Assembly: GCA_002451555.1 (NCBI GenBank) | Contig: DKCU01000123.1 | Location: 7 to 64,006 of the forward strand | Reading direction: 5' to 3' | Length of the DNA stretch: 64,000 nt | Source of the DNA: Candidatus Segatella albertsiae | GTDB lineage: Bacteria > Bacteroidota > Bacteroidia > Bacteroidales > Bacteroidaceae | The notes under the pieces: generated by a model | Database searches by the model: none | Seen by the model: the letters and a program-made list of their open reading frames with translations, nothing else | What the model was told of the DNA's origin: nothing | Made by a program: the position numbers and the translations under genes | Part shown: piece by piece, positions 21,084 to 31,745 of the stretch | Position numbering within the stretch: the stretch's first letter is position 1 | How the letters are laid out: each line of letters opens with the position of its first letter

Positions 21084-22391
21084 GTGAAACGATTTAAAGA
21101 TATTTTTAGGGCTTTTTTAGCCGTTTTGTTAATCAATTTAACGACTCAGGCTACGGCACAGGATTTTCAAGGAGTAAAAGAAGACCCTGCGAGCAACAAC
21201 CATGTAGTGAAGTACGAACCTACTTGGCTCGATTCTGTTGACATATCGCTCTTGACTTGCGGACCAGGTCAAGAAGTATGGTCATACTATGGACATACGG
21301 CACTGCGCATCGAAGACCATGCGCACGGCAATGACCTTGCAGTCAATTGGGGAATGTTTTCCTTCAACCAAGATTTTTTCATACTACGTTTTGTTTTCGG
21401 ACTCACCGATTATCAGATTGGTGTTTTTCCCATGTCCCGCTTCATTGAGGAATACACCTACGAAGGCAGATGGGTAAAGCAGCAAAGGCTTGCACTCACT
21501 AGAGAGGAAAAACTGAACATACTCAAAGCCATCGATGAGAACAACCAGGAAGCAAATCGCACCTACCGTTACAATTTCTTCTACGACAATTGCACGACAA
21601 GGGCACGCAATATGATAACAAGCCACCTTGGAGCTCACGACACCGACTTCAGAAACACAGAAACCCAATCTACATACCGAAAGGAAATCCATCGTTGGAA
21701 CGAGAACCATCGTTGGGCACGCTTTGGGAACGACTTGTTGCTAGGCTATCAAGCAGATCGTCTCATCAACAAGAAAGAATGGGAGTTCCTACCAGAAAAC
21801 TTAATGCAAGACTTCGAGACGGAAGCAAGGGTAGATACGGCTATGCAAGCATACATAACCGGGCAGGAAGTTGTCCCCCAAAAGGAGCGATACATTAAGC
21901 TCATTGATAGTACTTTCTACATAATACCACCACAAGCTGAAGTTTCAGAAGCCGAGACGGTCACGCCAAGAATGGTTGCCACTGGAATAGCTTTTGTCAT
22001 CATCATCCTATGCAGTATCGAATTCGCTTACAGAAAGAACTTTTGGTGGCTAGACACCATTCTGTTGACATTGACGGGCCTACCGGGGATTATTCTATTG
22101 GCAATGGTGTTTTCACAGCATCCTACCGTACAAATAAACTTCCAAATGCTGATATTCAATCCACTCAATCTGATTTTCGTGTGGAAAGTATCACAAAAGG
22201 CTAGGAATGGTGGATTTCATTGGTACTACAACTTATGGGGATGGCTCATCATACTAGCTCTATTCCTGCAAATTTGGCAAGATTACGCAGAAGGCATGGG
22301 CATTTTGGCACTCTCTTTGCTAATAAGATACGCAATGAGATCAGCTATATTTGACCTCAAACTATTCACAAGGAAAGAAAAAAGACAATAG
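21084..22391 (+). CDS. lnb: DUF4105 protein, lipoprotein N-acyltransferase Lnb-like
   Basis: LLTCGPG...YGHTALR, NWG, YRYNFFYDNCTTR, FLP; C-terminal TMs; located upstream of secA. Confidence 0.8.
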   Translation: MKRFKDIFRAFLAVLLINLTTQATAQDFQGVKEDPASNNHVVKYEPTWLDSVDISLLTCGPGQEVWSYYGHTALRIEDHAHGNDLAVNWGMFSFNQDFFILRFVFGLTDYQIGVFPMSRFIEEYTYEGRWVKQQRLALTREEKLNILKAIDENNQEANRTYRYNFFYDNCTTRARNMITSHLGAHDTDFRNTETQSTYRKEIHRWNENHRWARFGNDLLLGYQADRLINKKEWEFLPENLMQDFETEARVDTAMQAYITGQEVVPQKERYIKLIDSTFYIIPPQAEVSEAETVTPRMVATGIAFVIIILCSIEFAYRKNFWWLDTILLTLTGLPGIILLAMVFSQHPTVQINFQMLIFNPLNLIFVWKVSQKARNGGFHWYYNLWGWLIILALFLQIWQDYAEGMGILALSLLIRYAMRSAIFDLKLFTRKEKRQ

Positions 22392-22413
22392 AAGTCTATA
22401 AAAAACAAGAACA

Positions 22414-22785
22414 ATGATAGTAAATAGATATATCACCGCCCTATTGGTTGTCCTAGCGGCAACAGGCATGGAAGCGCAGACTTATCAGCAAGCACTGAAG
22501 TTTGCGCTGACGGATATATCCTACGATGAATTCATCCAACAACCAGAAGCCAAAGCGCTGGAAGAAGACCTCCTTTGCGTCATCAAGGCCATCAAAGAAG
22601 CCTCAGAAGATGAGTCTGTCACGCATACCTATCATCACTTATTGGCAAATCTGACAGGCGAATCAACTGACATTCTGACAGAAATTCATTCATATATATA
22701 TACTACATTCACCTTCAAGCACGCCCAAAGCGACTTGTATGGTAGCATTGTTATTCGTGGTCCTAATCTCCCTTCATTTTGCTGA
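22414..22785 (+). CDS. 123-aa hypothetical protein with Sec signal peptide (leader-peptide candidate or degenerate gene)
   Basis: NRYITALLVVLAATGMEA-Q signal peptide; ends SIVIRGPNLPSFC. Confidence 0.55.
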   Translation: MIVNRYITALLVVLAATGMEAQTYQQALKFALTDISYDEFIQQPEAKALEEDLLCVIKAIKEASEDESVTHTYHHLLANLTGESTDILTEIHSYIYTTFTFKHAQSDLYGSIVIRGPNLPSFC

Positions 22786-22997
22786 AATACCACCCATTTG
22801 TGGCAGGCTGTAAGTAAAATCACGGATATTTACTTACATTCTAGGTATTTATTACCGAAACTTTGCTGATTTACAGATATTTTTTGTATTTTTGCAAACT
22901 AATAAGAAATAAAGCAAGAGAAAACGTACTCCATACCTATAAAACAAGAGGGGTACTCCTTGCATCATATCGAATAACAATAAAAAATAAATATACA

Positions 22998-25900
22998 ATG
23001 AACTTTAACAAAATTCTTCAGTCTTTGTTTGGCAACAAGTCAACTCGTGACATGAAGCTGATTCAGCCTATCGTAGATAAAATCAAGGCTGAATATCCGA
23101 ACATTCAAGCTTTAAGCAACGATGAACTTCGTGCTAAAACCAAAGAGATTCAAAAGTACGTACAAGAATACGCCAACGAAGAGAAAGCCAAGATTGCAGA
23201 ACTCAAGGCTAAGATAGAAGATACTCCTATCGACGAGCGTGAAGGCATCTTCAATCAAATTGACAAGTTGGAGAAAGAGGCACTCGACAAGTATGAGATT
23301 GCGCTCAATGAGGTGCTCCCAACCGCATTCAGCATCGTCAAGGATACTGCGCGTCGTTTCGCCGAGAACGAAGAGACTATCGTTACTGCAACAGACTTCG
23401 ATCGTGAACTGGCTGCAAATCCAGCCAACGACTTCATCACCATTGATGGCGACAAGGCCATCTACCACAACCATTGGACTGCAGGTGGCAACGACCTCAA
23501 GTGGGAGATGATTCATTATGACGTACAGCTCTTTGGTGGTGTCGTACTTCACCAAGGCAAGATTGCCGAAATGGCTACCGGTGAAGGTAAGACCCTCGTA
23601 GGAACCTGTCCTGTATTCTTGAATGCCTTGACTGGAAATGGTGTCCATGTGGTCACTGTCAACGACTACTTGGCAAAACGTGACTCTGAATGGATGGGAC
23701 CTCTTTATATGTTCCATGGACTTTCTGTGGATTGCATCGACAAGCATCGTCCTAACTCCGACGAGCGTCGCAAGGCATATCTCGCAGACATCACGTTCGG
23801 TACAAACAATGAGTTTGGTTTTGATTACCTTCGTGACAATATGGCAACAAGTCCAGCCGACCTAGTACAACGTCAGCACAACTACGCCATCGTCGATGAG
23901 GTTGACTCTGTTTTGATTGACGATGCTCGTACACCTCTTATTATATCTGGTCCTATCCCTAAGGGCGATGACCAAATGTTTGAGCAATACCAACCATTGG
24001 TAGAAAAGCTCTACGAGGTACAGCGCAAGCAAGCCACCGAATTGCTCGCTGAGGCCAAGAACAAGATTAACGAAGGCACGAAGACCAAGAACCAGGAATT
24101 GCTCGATGCTGGTTTCTTGGCACTCTATCGCTCATTCAAGGCTCTTCCTAAAAACAAGCCATTGATTAAGTATCTCTCTGAAGAAGGTATCAAGGCTGGT
24201 CTTTTAAAGACAGAGGAGTATTATATGGCGAACAACAACCGTGAAATGCCGAAGGCTGTCGAGCCATTGTACTTCGTGGTAGATGAGAAGTTGAACTCTG
24301 CCGACCTCACCGACAAGGGTACAGACTGGCTAGCCAAGCAGGTAAACGACAAGGAACTTTTCGTGTTACCTGATATCACAACAGAAATGAGTGAGTTAGA
24401 AGCTCGCACAGACCTTTCAGACCAAGAACGTCTTGACAAGAAAGACGAGTTGTTGGCCCACTACGGTGTGCAGAGCGAACGTGTTCACACCTTGCAGCAA
24501 CTCTTGAAAGCTTACACAATGTTTAACAACAACGATGAGTATGTTGTTATGGACGGTCAGGTAAAAATTGTCGATGAGCAGACAGGTCGTATCATGGAAG
24601 GTCGTCGTTGGAGCGACGGATTGCACCAAGCTATCGAAGCCAAGGAGCATGTAAAAGTAGAGGCTGCAACACAGACTTTCGCTACTATTACTCTTCAGAA
24701 CTACTTCCGTATGTACCACAAACTCTCAGGTATGACCGGTACTGCAAGTACAGAGGCTGGCGAGTTCTGGGACATCTACAAACTTGATGTTGTGGAGATT
24801 CCAACCAATCGTCCTATCGCACGTAAAGACCTCGATGACCGTGTTTATAAGACCGCTCGCGAGAAGTATCGTGCTGTCATCGACGAGATTGAGGAGATGC
24901 GTAATGCAGGACGTCCAGTCTTAGTTGGTACAACATCCGTAGAAATTTCCGAGTTGTTGAGCAAGATGTTGAAGATGCGCAACATTCCTCATAATGTATT
25001 GAACGCCAAGTTGCACCAACAGGAGGCTCAGATTGTAGCCGAGGCTGGTCGCTCAACCAATGGCAAGGGTGCCGTAACCATCGCCACCAACATGGCAGGT
25101 CGTGGTACCGATATCAAGTTGACTCCAGAGGTAAAGGCCGCTGGTGGTCTCGCCATCATCGGTACGGAGCGTCATGAGAGCCGTCGTGTCGATCGCCAGT
25201 TGCGTGGTCGTGCCGGCCGTCAAGGTGATCCAGGTTCTTCTGTGTTCTATGTATCATTGGAAGATAAGTTAATGCGACTGTTCGCATCTGAGCGTATCGC
25301 CAAGGTGATGGACCGCTTAGGCTTCGAGGACGGCGAGCGTATCGAGAGTCCAATGATCAGCAAGAGCATCGAGCGTGCACAGCGCAAGGTCGAGGAAAAC
25401 AACTTCGGTATCCGTAAGCACCTCTTGGAATATGATGACGTAATGAACCGTCAGCGTACCGTCATCTACGAGAAGCGTCGCCATGCCTTGATGGGTGAGC
25501 GTATCGGCATGGATATCACCAACATCATCTGGGACCGCGTGTTGAACATCGTCAACAACAACGATTTCGATGGTGCCAAGGAAGAGTTCTTGAAGATTCT
25601 CGCCATGGAGATTCCATTCACAGCCGAGGAATACGAGAATGGCAAGCGTGAGGACTTGGCAGAGCGTGCCTTCCAAGAGGCCATGGCAGCCTTCAAGCGC
25701 AAGACCGACCGCATCCAGGCTACCGCCTTCCCTATCATCAAGCAGGTATATGAGAACCAAGGAGCTATGTACGAACGCATCATGGTGCCATTGACAGACG
25801 GCAAGCGTATGTACCAGATTCCTTGTAACCTCAAGGAGGCATACGAGTCTGAGGCCAAGAGCGTGGTCAAGGAGTTTGAGAAAAGCGTTCTTCTCCACAT

Positions 25901-26354
25901 CATTGATGATGACTGGAAAGAGAACCTCCGTAAACTCGACGAGCTTCGCCACTCCGTACAGAACGCTTCCTACGAGCAGAAAGATCCTTTGTTGATTTAC
26001 AAGCTTGAGAGTGCCAAGATTTGGGATGCCATGATCAATGATATGTACGACCGCATCTGTAGCATCTTGATGCGTGGTCAGATCCCAGTCATGGAACAGG
26101 AACAGCAAGTTCAAGAAGCAGCCCCGGAGGTTCGCAACCAACAGAACTATGTTGAGTCGAAGGTTGACATCGACGCAGAACGAGAGCGTGCAGAACGTGC
26201 CGCCCAGCAAGCTGCAGCCAACCAAGACACTCGTGAAGGAGCCCAGGAGGTGAACCGCACTCCATATCGTGCAGAGCGTATGCCACGTCCTAACGACCCA
26301 TGTCCATGCGGAAGTGGGAAGAAGTTCAAGAACTGCCACGGCAGAAACTTGTAA
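22998..26354 (+). CDS. secA: Preprotein translocase ATPase SecA
   Basis: [51 protein letters not shown]; start moved to ATG 22998. Confidence 0.98.
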   Translation: MNFNKILQSLFGNKSTRDMKLIQPIVDKIKAEYPNIQALSNDELRAKTKEIQKYVQEYANEEKAKIAELKAKIEDTPIDEREGIFNQIDKLEKEALDKYEIALNEVLPTAFSIVKDTARRFAENEETIVTATDFDRELAANPANDFITIDGDKAIYHNHWTAGGNDLKWEMIHYDVQLFGGVVLHQGKIAEMATGEGKTLVGTCPVFLNALTGNGVHVVTVNDYLAKRDSEWMGPLYMFHGLSVDCIDKHRPNSDERRKAYLADITFGTNNEFGFDYLRDNMATSPADLVQRQHNYAIVDEVDSVLIDDARTPLIISGPIPKGDDQMFEQYQPLVEKLYEVQRKQATELLAEAKNKINEGTKTKNQELLDAGFLALYRSFKALPKNKPLIKYLSEEGIKAGLLKTEEYYMANNNREMPKAVEPLYFVVDEKLNSADLTDKGTDWLAKQVNDKELFVLPDITTEMSELEARTDLSDQERLDKKDELLAHYGVQSERVHTLQQLLKAYTMFNNNDEYVVMDGQVKIVDEQTGRIMEGRRWSDGLHQAIEAKEHVKVEAATQTFATITLQNYFRMYHKLSGMTGTASTEAGEFWDIYKLDVVEIPTNRPIARKDLDDRVYKTAREKYRAVIDEIEEMRNAGRPVLVGTTSVEISELLSKMLKMRNIPHNVLNAKLHQQEAQIVAEAGRSTNGKGAVTIATNMAGRGTDIKLTPEVKAAGGLAIIGTERHESRRVDRQLRGRAGRQGDPGSSVFYVSLEDKLMRLFASERIAKVMDRLGFEDGERIESPMISKSIERAQRKVEENNFGIRKHLLEYDDVMNRQRTVIYEKRRHALMGERIGMDITNIIWDRVLNIVNNNDFDGAKEEFLKILAMEIPFTAEEYENGKREDLAERAFQEAMAAFKRKTDRIQATAFPIIKQVYENQGAMYERIMVPLTDGKRMYQIPCNLKEAYESEAKSVVKEFEKSVLLHIIDDDWKENLRKLDELRHSVQNASYEQKDPLLIYKLESAKIWDAMINDMYDRICSILMRGQIPVMEQEQQVQEAAPEVRNQQNYVESKVDIDAERERAERAAQQAAANQDTREGAQEVNRTPYRAERMPRPNDPCPCGSGKKFKNCHGRNL

Positions 26355-26374
26355 TCACCATAAATAATGATAAG

Positions 26375-26418
26375 AATACCTAGACTTGATGATACTCTCA
26401 TCATTTCTAGGTATTTTT
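26375..26418 (+). terminator. Intrinsic terminator of secA
   Basis: aatacctaga...tctaggtatt stem followed by a T-run. Confidence 0.7.
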
Positions 26419-26579
26419 GTTCATCATAACATGAATAACATCAAATAACAACATCATTGCTACCTAGTTGCAAAGAATTATTAGTAATTTTGCAAACGAA
26501 TTGCGAAAGAAAGTTGAATGTTCAGTAAAAAACGATAAAAGTAAATGGGCTGAAAGCCCAAAAGCATAAGAATACAGAT

Positions 26580-29120
26580 ATGAAATTATCAGAATTAAAA
26601 ACAGGTGAAAGTGGCGTTATCGTCAAGGTTTCCGGTCACGGTGGCTTCCGCAAGAGAGTCATCGAGATGGGTTTCATCAAGGGAAAGAGGGTGGATGTTC
26701 TCTTGAACGCACCGCTTCAGGACCCAGTGAAATATAAAATCATGGGTTACGAGGTGTCTCTTCGTCATAGTGAGGCAGACCACGTGGAAGTGGTCTCCAT
26801 CGACGAGGCGAAGCATGACGCAGAACTCAACAAGGCGGACGAACTAGGCCACGAACAAGTAATTAACTCACAAATAATAGATACACAAGAAGCTGACGAA
26901 CAGGCTCTCGGCGACAAAATGCTTGTAGCGGAAAAGAAAGACACAGCAAGCAATGCCAGCAATGAAGCACTTGCAGAGCAAGAGGCCGACCGCCTACACC
27001 ATGTCATCAACGTGGCGTTGGTGGGCAACCCGAACTGTGGCAAGACCTCCCTCTTTAATTTTGCTTCTGGTGCACACGAGCGTGTGGGCAACTACAGCGG
27101 CGTGACCGTGGATGCCAAGGTGGGTGAGGCTGACTTTAATGGCTACCATTTCAACTTGGTGGATCTTCCTGGCACCTATTCCCTCTCCGCTTATTCGCCA
27201 GAGGAGCTCTATGTGCGTAAGCAGCTCATCGAACACACACCAGATATTGTCATCAACGTCATCGACACCAGCAATCTGGAGCGCAACCTTTATCTCACCA
27301 CCCAGTTGATAGACATGCACATCCGCATGGTTTGCGCTCTCAACATGTTTGACGAGACCGAGAAGCGTGGCGACAACATCGACTACGACAAGCTCGGCGA
27401 GCTATTTGGAGTCTCCATGATTCCGACCGTCTTCACCAATGGACGAGGAGTTGACAAACTCTTCGAGACCATCATCGAACTCTATGAGGGTAAAGAAGAT
27501 TCTAGTTCGCACTATCGCCATATCCACATCAACCACGGACATGAGATAGAACACGGCATCGAGCATATCCAGAAGTACCTTAAGGTAGATGACAGCATCC
27601 GCCAACGCTACTCTACCCGATACCTCAGCATCAAACTTTTGGAGAATGACAAGCACGCCGAGGAGTACGTGAGCCATCTGAACTCAGCGAAAGAAATCTT
27701 CGCGGCTCGCGACGAGGCTGCCAAGCGTGTGAAAGAAGAGATGCAAGAAGATAGCGAGACAGCCATTATGGATGCCAAGTATGGTTTTATTCATGGAGCC
27801 TTGCAGGAAGCTGGCTACGAGACGGGAAAGGCAAAGGACACCTATCAGGTGACTCACCTCATCGACCGAGTGCTTACCAATAAGTACGTAGGCTTCCCTA
27901 TCTTCATATTCTTGTTATTCATCATGTTCTCAGCCACCTTCGTACTGGGCGAGATTCCTAAGGGATGGATTGAGGACGGCGTGGCTTGGTTGGGCGAATT
28001 TATCAGCAACACGATGCCTGATGGTCCTGTAAAGGATATGTTGGTGGATGGTGTCATCGGTGGTGTAGGAGCCGTCATCGTATTCCTGCCACAGATTCTC
28101 ATCCTCTACTTCTTCATCTCCTACATGGAGGATTCGGGCTATATGGCTCGTGCCGCCTTCATCATGGATAAGTTGATGCACAAGATGGGCTTGCACGGTA
28201 AGTCTTTCATCCCACTGATTATGGGATTCGGCTGCAACGTACCAGCCGTGATGGCAACCCGAACCATCGAGAGCCACCGCTCCCGCCTCATCACCATGCT
28301 GATATTGCCACTGATGAGTTGTTCGGCTCGACTGCCAATATATATTATGGTGATAGGAACGTTCTTTGCCCTGCAATACCGTTCGCTCATCATGGTATCG
28401 CTCTATTTGATAGGCATCTTCCTTGCCGTAATCCTGAGCCGCATTTTCGCATCTTTCGTCATCAAGGGCGAAGACACTCCATTCGTGATGGAGTTGCCAC
28501 CTTACCGCTTCCCAACGTGGAAGGCTATCGGTCGCCATACCTGGGAGAAAGGCAAGCAATACCTGAAGAAGATGGGAGGTATCATTCTCGTGGCAAGTAT
28601 CATCGTTTGGGCGCTCGGTTACTTCCCTCACAACGAGGAACTCGACAACCAGGCACAGCAGGAACAGAGCTACATCGGCAGAATAGGCAAGACCATCGAG
28701 CCAATCTTCACTCCACAAGGTTTCGACTGGAAACTCGACGTAGGTTTGGTATCTGGCGTAGGTGCCAAGGAGATTGTAGCCTCAACGATGGGTGTGCTCT
28801 ATAGTAACAACGACAGTTTCTCAGACGATCAAGACTATAACGATGAGGACGGCAAGTACGAGGTACTGAAGAAGCAGATGACCTCCGACCTGAAGAAGAC
28901 ATACGGATACAACGATGCCGAGGCAGAATCGAAGGCAACGCTCACCGCCTATTGCTTCTTGCTCTTCGTACTACTCTACTTCCCTTGCATCGCTACGATA
29001 GCAGCCATCAAGGGTGAGACTGGTAGTTGGAAATGGGCTGGGTTCGCCGCAGGCTACACCACGCTGTTGGCATGGATAGTATCGGCACTGGTCTTCCAAA
29101 TCGGAAGCCTGTTCATCTAA
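26580..29120 (+). CDS. feoB: Ferrous iron transporter FeoB with fused N-terminal FeoA
   Basis: N-terminal FeoA (RVIEMGF...APLQDP), G1 GNPNCGKT, DLPGTYSL, NMFD, GFGCNVP gate. Confidence 0.96.
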   Translation: MKLSELKTGESGVIVKVSGHGGFRKRVIEMGFIKGKRVDVLLNAPLQDPVKYKIMGYEVSLRHSEADHVEVVSIDEAKHDAELNKADELGHEQVINSQIIDTQEADEQALGDKMLVAEKKDTASNASNEALAEQEADRLHHVINVALVGNPNCGKTSLFNFASGAHERVGNYSGVTVDAKVGEADFNGYHFNLVDLPGTYSLSAYSPEELYVRKQLIEHTPDIVINVIDTSNLERNLYLTTQLIDMHIRMVCALNMFDETEKRGDNIDYDKLGELFGVSMIPTVFTNGRGVDKLFETIIELYEGKEDSSSHYRHIHINHGHEIEHGIEHIQKYLKVDDSIRQRYSTRYLSIKLLENDKHAEEYVSHLNSAKEIFAARDEAAKRVKEEMQEDSETAIMDAKYGFIHGALQEAGYETGKAKDTYQVTHLIDRVLTNKYVGFPIFIFLLFIMFSATFVLGEIPKGWIEDGVAWLGEFISNTMPDGPVKDMLVDGVIGGVGAVIVFLPQILILYFFISYMEDSGYMARAAFIMDKLMHKMGLHGKSFIPLIMGFGCNVPAVMATRTIESHRSRLITMLILPLMSCSARLPIYIMVIGTFFALQYRSLIMVSLYLIGIFLAVILSRIFASFVIKGEDTPFVMELPPYRFPTWKAIGRHTWEKGKQYLKKMGGIILVASIIVWALGYFPHNEELDNQAQQEQSYIGRIGKTIEPIFTPQGFDWKLDVGLVSGVGAKEIVASTMGVLYSNNDSFSDDQDYNDEDGKYEVLKKQMTSDLKKTYGYNDAEAESKATLTAYCFLLFVLLYFPCIATIAAIKGETGSWKWAGFAAGYTTLLAWIVSALVFQIGSLFI

Positions 29121-29255
29121 AAATTAGTTTTTGAAACTTTGTACAAAAATTTCTCATCCATACTCAAGTCATCATCCAGAAGACTTTGAGTATGGATTTG
29201 CTATTAGAATTGGTTTTATTCCTCGTAATTCAGGTGTTTCATCAAGTGAGTTGTT

Positions 29256-29813
29256 ATGTCATTATATTTACAATTACTTTTGGCACTATGCCTTTTCCTA
29301 CTGTCATGCAAATATTCTATTTGGCCTTCCATATTTGACAAAAGTGAAATCAATCAATGGGAGGTTGGAAAGGGGTTGTTGAGAAATCTCGATAAAATAT
29401 CCATGACCGTTCTCTTTTGCTGTTTGCATTGGGAACTAAAAATAGGAGATTTCTTAAGCTTTTATCTTTCGGGCTATGCCTTGGCACTTGTCACGCATAT
29501 CTGTTATTGGTTTGCCGAAAGAAAAATCAAGAAAGAGGGACTGAAGCTGGAATTGAACTATGATGTTCCTGGCTATATCAAATACATACTTGTGGCAGGT
29601 GGAATCTGGGCACTATTTGTTTTGCTTTATACTCTTGTCACCCAATGTTATGGTTTTTATTATTGGGAGATTTCCGATTTCGCAACGTATTCTTTGGTTC
29701 CATGGTATGCAATCGTATATGAGTTGTATCCTTCCTGTAAGATTCAGAGGAGTAAGACGGTATCCATGCTTTTATGGGGTGCGACAATAGTGGATGTTGC
29801 CTTCTTTTTTTGA
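29256..29813 (+). CDS. Hypothetical membrane protein
   Basis: 185-aa ORF with several hydrophobic segments, AT-rich; no recognised motif. Confidence 0.5.
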   Translation: MSLYLQLLLALCLFLLSCKYSIWPSIFDKSEINQWEVGKGLLRNLDKISMTVLFCCLHWELKIGDFLSFYLSGYALALVTHICYWFAERKIKKEGLKLELNYDVPGYIKYILVAGGIWALFVLLYTLVTQCYGFYYWEISDFATYSLVPWYAIVYELYPSCKIQRSKTVSMLLWGATIVDVAFFF

Positions 29814-29912
29814 TGGATTGAAGATAAAAATATTTGGTAGTTACAAATTAAATTTGTAATTTTGCCAAAAACATTCGAATGATAGCAAATATGAAATAAT
29901 ATTATAGGGAAA

Positions 29913-31487
29913 ATGGGATATTATATAAATAAAGGCAATGACGGCTTTGCATCGCTTCGCAACTCTAAGTTTGTGGATAAGAGCATGTTGATAGCGGAAG
30001 TGAGCTCTGTGATGATGACAGAGAATCGCTTCCTCTGTGTAACACGTGCGCGGAGGTTTGGTAAGTCTGTGGCTGTAAAGATGCTCAATGCCTATTATGA
30101 CAAGTCGTGTGATTCACGTGAATTGTTCAAGGGGTTGGCTATCAGTAAGAATGAAGATTTCGAAAAGCATCTTAATCATTATCCTGTACTCTATTTGGAT
30201 ATGACTGATTTTGTAACTAAATATGGCAAGGATGAACACATCGTAGAGTATATCAAGCGTGATATTTGCGAAGAGCTACTGAGCTTGTACGAGGGCGTGA
30301 AGATGAAACCCAATGATGATTTGATGGATTTGCTCGTTAGTATCGTTGACCATACAGGAGAGAAATTCATCTGTTTGATAGACGAATGGGATGCTCTTTG
30401 CCGTGAGGGACGGGAGAAACAAATGGATGAGTACGTGGATTTATTGCGTCGTCTCTTCAAGGGAAGTATGACGGAATATGTCTTCGCATGTTGCTATATG
30501 ACAGGTATTCTTCCTATCAAGCGCTATAATACCCAATCGGCATTGAATAACTTTGATGAATACACGATGCTGAGTCCAGCCCAGTTGGCACCTTATTTCG
30601 GCTTTACAGAGAAGGAAGTGGAAGGTCTATGTGCCGATGGAGAAATGGATATTTATGAGATGAAGCGTTGGTATGATGGTTATGAGCTTGGAAAGGAGAA
30701 AGCGATGTACAACCCTTATGCTGTCATACGAGCCTTGAAGCGTAGGTCGTATGAGAGCTTTTGGACAAGTACCAATACATTCGAGAGCCTCAAACGCTAT
30801 ATCACGATGAATTATGATGGTTTGAAGGATGACATAGTCCATGCTCTCAATGATGTTCCTGTAAGGGTAAATGCGTTGCGGTTTAGCAATGATATGCATA
30901 AGGTAGAGTGCAAGGACGATGTGCTGACACTTCTTTGCCATTTGGGCTATCTTTCTTACAATAGCGATACCAAGTGTGCTTGCATTCCTAACTATGAAGT
31001 TCGACAGGAATTTGAGACGGCTATTGCCGATACCAGTTGGAAAGAGGTAACGAGTGCCTTGGAACATTCCGAAAACTTAATGGCGCATTTGCTTAATGGC
31101 GATGAGGAAGATGTGGCTGCAAGTGTTGCTGAGGTTCATGAACAAAATACCAGTATCTTGAAATATAATGATGAAAATTCTTTGGCTTGTGTTCTTTCGT
31201 TGGCATTTTACACAGCAAGAAATCGTTACGAGATGATTCGTGAACTGCCGACAGGCAAAGGCTTTGCAGATATTGTGCTGTTGCCTTATCGTCATGTAAA
31301 TGCACCTGCTATTGTGTTAGAACTGAAGTGGGATAAGGATGCTGATGCAGCTATCGGTCAAATTAAGCGCCAAGGATATGGTAAATCTTTGATGCACTAT
31401 GTAGGTGATGTGATTCTTGTAGGTATCAACTATGACAAACAAACTAAAGTGCATAGTTGCAAAATTGAGAAAATTGTAAAGAAGTAA
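29913..31487 (+). CDS. AAA-ATPase-like protein with C-terminal PD-(D/E)XK nuclease domain
   Basis: FVDKS, RARRFGKS Walker A, LIDEWD Walker B, GFADIV...VLELK nuclease motif; promoter TTTG-N20-TAATTTTG at 29833-29864. Confidence 0.88.
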   Translation: MGYYINKGNDGFASLRNSKFVDKSMLIAEVSSVMMTENRFLCVTRARRFGKSVAVKMLNAYYDKSCDSRELFKGLAISKNEDFEKHLNHYPVLYLDMTDFVTKYGKDEHIVEYIKRDICEELLSLYEGVKMKPNDDLMDLLVSIVDHTGEKFICLIDEWDALCREGREKQMDEYVDLLRRLFKGSMTEYVFACCYMTGILPIKRYNTQSALNNFDEYTMLSPAQLAPYFGFTEKEVEGLCADGEMDIYEMKRWYDGYELGKEKAMYNPYAVIRALKRRSYESFWTSTNTFESLKRYITMNYDGLKDDIVHALNDVPVRVNALRFSNDMHKVECKDDVLTLLCHLGYLSYNSDTKCACIPNYEVRQEFETAIADTSWKEVTSALEHSENLMAHLLNGDEEDVAASVAEVHEQNTSILKYNDENSLACVLSLAFYTARNRYEMIRELPTGKGFADIVLLPYRHVNAPAIVLELKWDKDADAAIGQIKRQGYGKSLMHYVGDVILVGINYDKQTKVHSCKIEKIVKK

Positions 31488-31514
31488 TAGTAAAGGAAAA
31501 ATATTGCTTATAGG

Positions 31515-31555
31515 AAAACGGATGCATGATTAGAGAAGTCAAGCATCCGTTTTTT
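31515..31555 (+). terminator. Intrinsic terminator
   Basis: aaaacggatgc / gcatccgtttt stem with T-run. Confidence 0.75.
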
Positions 31556-31745
31556 GCATGAATATTGGACGTATTTGAACGATTCTCGAACCTCCTTAAA
31601 TCTTGAAATATTATCAGTCATACAAGCAAGAAGAAGGAAATGGTCGCATTTCCTCCTTTTTTTATTATTAAAAAAGAGCCTTTTCTTTGTGGATTCCAAT
31701 ATTTATGCTATCTTTGCAGAAAAATAAAGAATAGGAGAATCGGAT

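Noticed and set aside
22863..22997. N-terminal extensions of SecA (also NadB 52894, di-heme protein 1369, AmpG 46356) in the ORF track
   Set aside because: Extensions run through promoter, hairpin or repeat DNA; downstream ATGs match the family N-termini
26580..27000. FeoA-FeoB fusion as a novelty
   Set aside because: FeoAB fusions are already known in Bacteroidota
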